Of a DNA stretch of 23,027 nucleotides, positions 20,049 through 23,027 are shown in pieces. Source of the DNA: Chiloscyllium plagiosum (taxonomy: Eukaryota); the NCBI RefSeq assembly GCF_004010195.1, contig NC_057718.1:64485637-64508663 (forward strand), written 5' to 3'. Numbering within the stretch: the stretch's first letter is position 1; every line of letters begins with the position of its first letter. Below the pieces are notes generated by a model. The model did not search any database and had not been told where the DNA came from. It was given only the letters and a program-made list of their open reading frames with translations. A program made the translations under genes and the position numbers.

Positions 20049-20142
20049 AGTTCGTGTTACTGTGGCAATGTTGCAATATTCTACCTGTGTATATTCACCT
20101 GCAGCCAAGCGGTATGATGGTTGAGGCTCCAAATCCCTTCTC

Positions 20143-21305
20143 ATCACAGAGTCATAGAGTTATACAGAATGGAAACAGCCCCTTTGATCCAACTCATCCA
20201 TGTTGACCAGATATCCTATTTGTCAGGATTTGGCCTATATCCCTCTAAACCATTCCTATTCGTGTATCCATCCAGATGCCATTTAAATGTCGTAATTGTA
20301 CCAGCCTCCACCTCTTCCTCTGGCAGCTCAATCCATACACACACGACTAACTGCCCTTTAGATCCTTTTTAAATCTTTCCCCTCTCGCCTTAAAACTATG
20401 CTGTCTAGTTTTGGACTCCCCTACGCTGGGAAAAATATCTTGGCTACTCACCCTGTCCCCATGATTTTATAAACCTTTATAAAGTCACCCCTCAGCCTCC
20501 AGTGTTCTAGGGAAAATAGCTCCAGCTTTTTCAGTCTCTCGCTAAAGTTCAAACTCTCCAACCCTCACAACATCCTTGTAAATGTTTCTGAACCCTTTCA
20601 AGTTTCACAATATCTTTCCTACAGAGGGAGACCAGAATTGAATGCCTTATTCTAAAGTGGCCTAACCAATGTCCTATACAGCTGCAACATGACCTCCCAA
20701 CCCCTATGCTCATACAGTGACCAATGAAGGCAAGCATGCCAAATGCCTTCTTCATCACGCTGTCTGCTTGCAATTCCATTTTCATGGAACAATGCCACTT
20801 GCACCCCTAGTTCTTTCATCAGCAACACTCCCCAGGACCCTATCTATAAGTGTGTAAGTCCTGCCCTGGTTTGCTCTACCAAAATGCAGCACCTCACATT
20901 TATCTAAATTAAACTCCATATGCTATTCCTCAGCCTATTGGCCCATCTGATCAAAGTCCCATTGTACTCACAGTTAACCTCCTTTACTGTCTACTACACC
21001 ATCAATTTTGGTGTTATCTCCAAACTTACTAATTATATTCTTATTTTCATATCCAAATCATTTATATAAATGACAAAAAGCAGCAGACCCAGCACCCATC
21101 ATTGCAACGCACCGCTGGTCACAAGCCTCTAGTCTGAAAATCAGCCCTCCAATGACCACCTTCTGTCTCCTACTTTCAAGCCATTTTTTTTGTCCAAATG
21201 GCCAGTCTACCCTCCAGAACCTTGTCGAACAACTTGCTAAAGTTCATATAGACAACGTCCACTGCCTTACCTTCATCAACTGCCTTTGTCATCTCTTCAA
21301 AAAAC
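20143..21305 (-). mobile_element. CR1 (HER1-like) LINE, RT to 3' end, with deletions
   Basis: Tail at left; KKAFGMLAFIG, KDIVKLERVQK, VYMNFSK.FDK remnants colinear on the minus strand. Confidence 0.92.
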
Positions 21306-21334
21306 CAACTTTCCCACTCTCACCACTGCCATTG

Positions 21335-22686
21335 ACGTGTGTTGCAACCCAGAGCTGGGTAGCCCTGAGGCACTGGGTTTATCAGCAGTGGTAGAGTTGT
21401 ATTCAAACCTAACATATAACTACATGGTCCAGCGTAGCCCTATTCTAGCATTAGTATCAAGCCGGACTTTTAGCCTGGTTCAATGAAGTGTGCAGGATGC
21501 ATGCCAGAAACAGCATCAAGCGTATCTTACAAAAAGAGGTATGATGCTAGTGATGCTCCAACATAGGGCAATCTGCTTGTCAAACGTCAGAACGATAAAC
21601 ACAGCTAAGTGATGCCACACCAATAGATCAAATCTAAGTTCTACAGTTCTGCCAGATTTACTCATGAATGGCTACAAGGGGGGTGATCCATTTTAATATC
21701 CCAATTCTTAACAAAGGGGAGCCCAGCACATTAGTGGCTGTTCCATCTTGACATCCTCATGTGGACTCCAACATCACAATATCAATCTTCAACCAATTTG
21801 TTTCACTCCATGTGACATTATGATGAAGGTGTGCTATTTATATATATTTTACTATCATTTAGTTTAAAGTTTGGATTTTCAACCTGTATTATGTGGATTT
21901 TGGTTTGTGTGTTTGAGGTGGTCTGATTTTCTGGAGCCTGAAGTTTTTTGTAAACCAGTATGAGAGACAGAGAGAGAGAGTGTTCCTGGGGTGATAATGG
22001 AAATTTTTCACTTTGAGATATTGAAGAATATAAGTTTGGTGTCACTGAGAAGAATCCGTAATTGATTTGTTTGAAGGTCAGTTGAGTGGCTACTCAAGAA
22101 AAACAGCTATCAAATACACAAGAATGGAAATGGAAAGAAATGTTAAAGACAAACTTGTAAATGTGATACAACTCAAAATTCTCTCTGGTATTTCAGTACA
22201 ATACAGTAATCTGATGATGTTGGGAAAAATGGGACTATACTTTTACTGTGTGTTTTTAAATCTTTCAAATTGTGTTCTTTATAAATACTGTAGCCTGGTT
22301 AAATCTATTGATATTTTGTTTGGTGTAATAAACAGCTTTCTGTTAAAAGCAGATCTGCAGTATTGTGTGTGTGTTTCAGTGAACAATCACATAGATTACT
22401 TTGCTAAAAATGTAATTATCAAGCTAGATTTTAATCTGGAATCTGACTTAACTAATTATAATGACAGCTGTGATTATAAGGATATCAAGAAACAGCTGAA
22501 TACATTGGATGTTGTAAGGCTAGGGGCCCTGACAATATTCCAGCAAAAGTATTAATGTCTTATACTCCAGAATACATTGTGCCCCGAGTCAAGCATTTTC
22601 AGTGCAGCTACAATGCTAGCATCTATCCAACAATATGACAAGTCTATTTTCCACAAAAAGCAGGACAAAACCACCTCAGCCAATTA
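21335..22686 (+). mobile_element. Old CR1/L2-clade LINE ORF2 fragment split by an LTR
   Basis: cctggttcaatgaa (PWFNE-like), ttcactcca|gatatcaagaaacagctg, GPDNIPAKVL, HKKQDK...ANY remnants on both sides of the LTR. Confidence 0.7.
21811..22480 (+). mobile_element. Solo LTR (~670 bp)
   Basis: Starts TGTGACA, AATAAA at ~22327, ends cagctgtgattataag (decayed ...ataaca); LINE sequence is contiguous across it. Confidence 0.65.
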
Positions 22687-22699
22687 AATCATGGTGAGG

Positions 22700-23027
22700 A
22701 CAATGCAGGAGAGAGAGAGAGAACCTGCACAGTTTCCACCTTTGCTGTTTGATTTCGTGTATTATTGGACATCGGGAGTGCATCTGAGAAAATTAACAAA
22801 CAGTGAAATTCACAACTAATCTTGGAGGAACTGTTGGGCGAAGTTCACAGCACAGAATCAGATAAGTTAATTGTTGTTTTAAGTCTGTCCAAGAGAAAGG
22901 CTGCAGTAGTGAGTATAGTGGATTCTTTCTTGATTATATGTTTTTGGAGATAAGTCTCTTGGTTAAACTAAACATATTAGCCATAGCTATTAATTTAACC
23001 TGGGGCAGTGTTTGTAGAGGAATAAGA
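22700..23027 (+). mobile_element. Probable 5'UTR of a CR1 element running off the window
   Basis: Abruptly truncates the older LINE; resembles the remembered sequence upstream of shark CR1 ORF1. No ORF inside the window to confirm. Confidence 0.4.

Noticed and set aside
22067..22555. 162-aa ORF
   Set aside because: Runs across an LTR-LINE junction; no recognisable domain.
1..23027. CRISPR array, tRNA/rRNA genes or prokaryotic operon
   Set aside because: No regularly spaced repeat-spacer units or gene-dense coding; tRNA-like boxes are SINE heads.

Overview
Vertebrate non-coding, repeat-dominated genomic DNA. The repeat families (HE1/V-SINE, HER1/CR1 LINEs with microsatellite tails, short Penelope-derived inverted elements) point to a cartilaginous fish, probably a shark; this is recognition from memory, not a database search. 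Almost all ORFs in the track are decayed transposon fragments or chance ORFs. Host-gene evidence is limited to candidate exons: a + strand 51-nt coiled-coil exon (2637-2687) with a probable terminal exon (from 6557), a - strand probable terminal coding exon (19655-19784) and a - strand orphan exon (1160-1212). Most notable structures: (1) a 2.27-kb insert flanked by a 7-bp duplication inside a CR1 ORF1, made of ~1.6 kb of old genomic DNA plus a CR1 3' end, a candidate CR1-mediated 5' transduction; (2) a four-level nest at 10545-16347 (Tc2-like MITE > Tigger/MER44-like MITE > CR1 > the insert); (3) several short Penelope-derived elements carrying minimal hammerhead-ribozyme motifs; (4) a perfect 171-bp palindrome inside an otherwise decayed repeat. 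No prokaryotic-type system, CRISPR array, rRNA or tRNA gene is supported.
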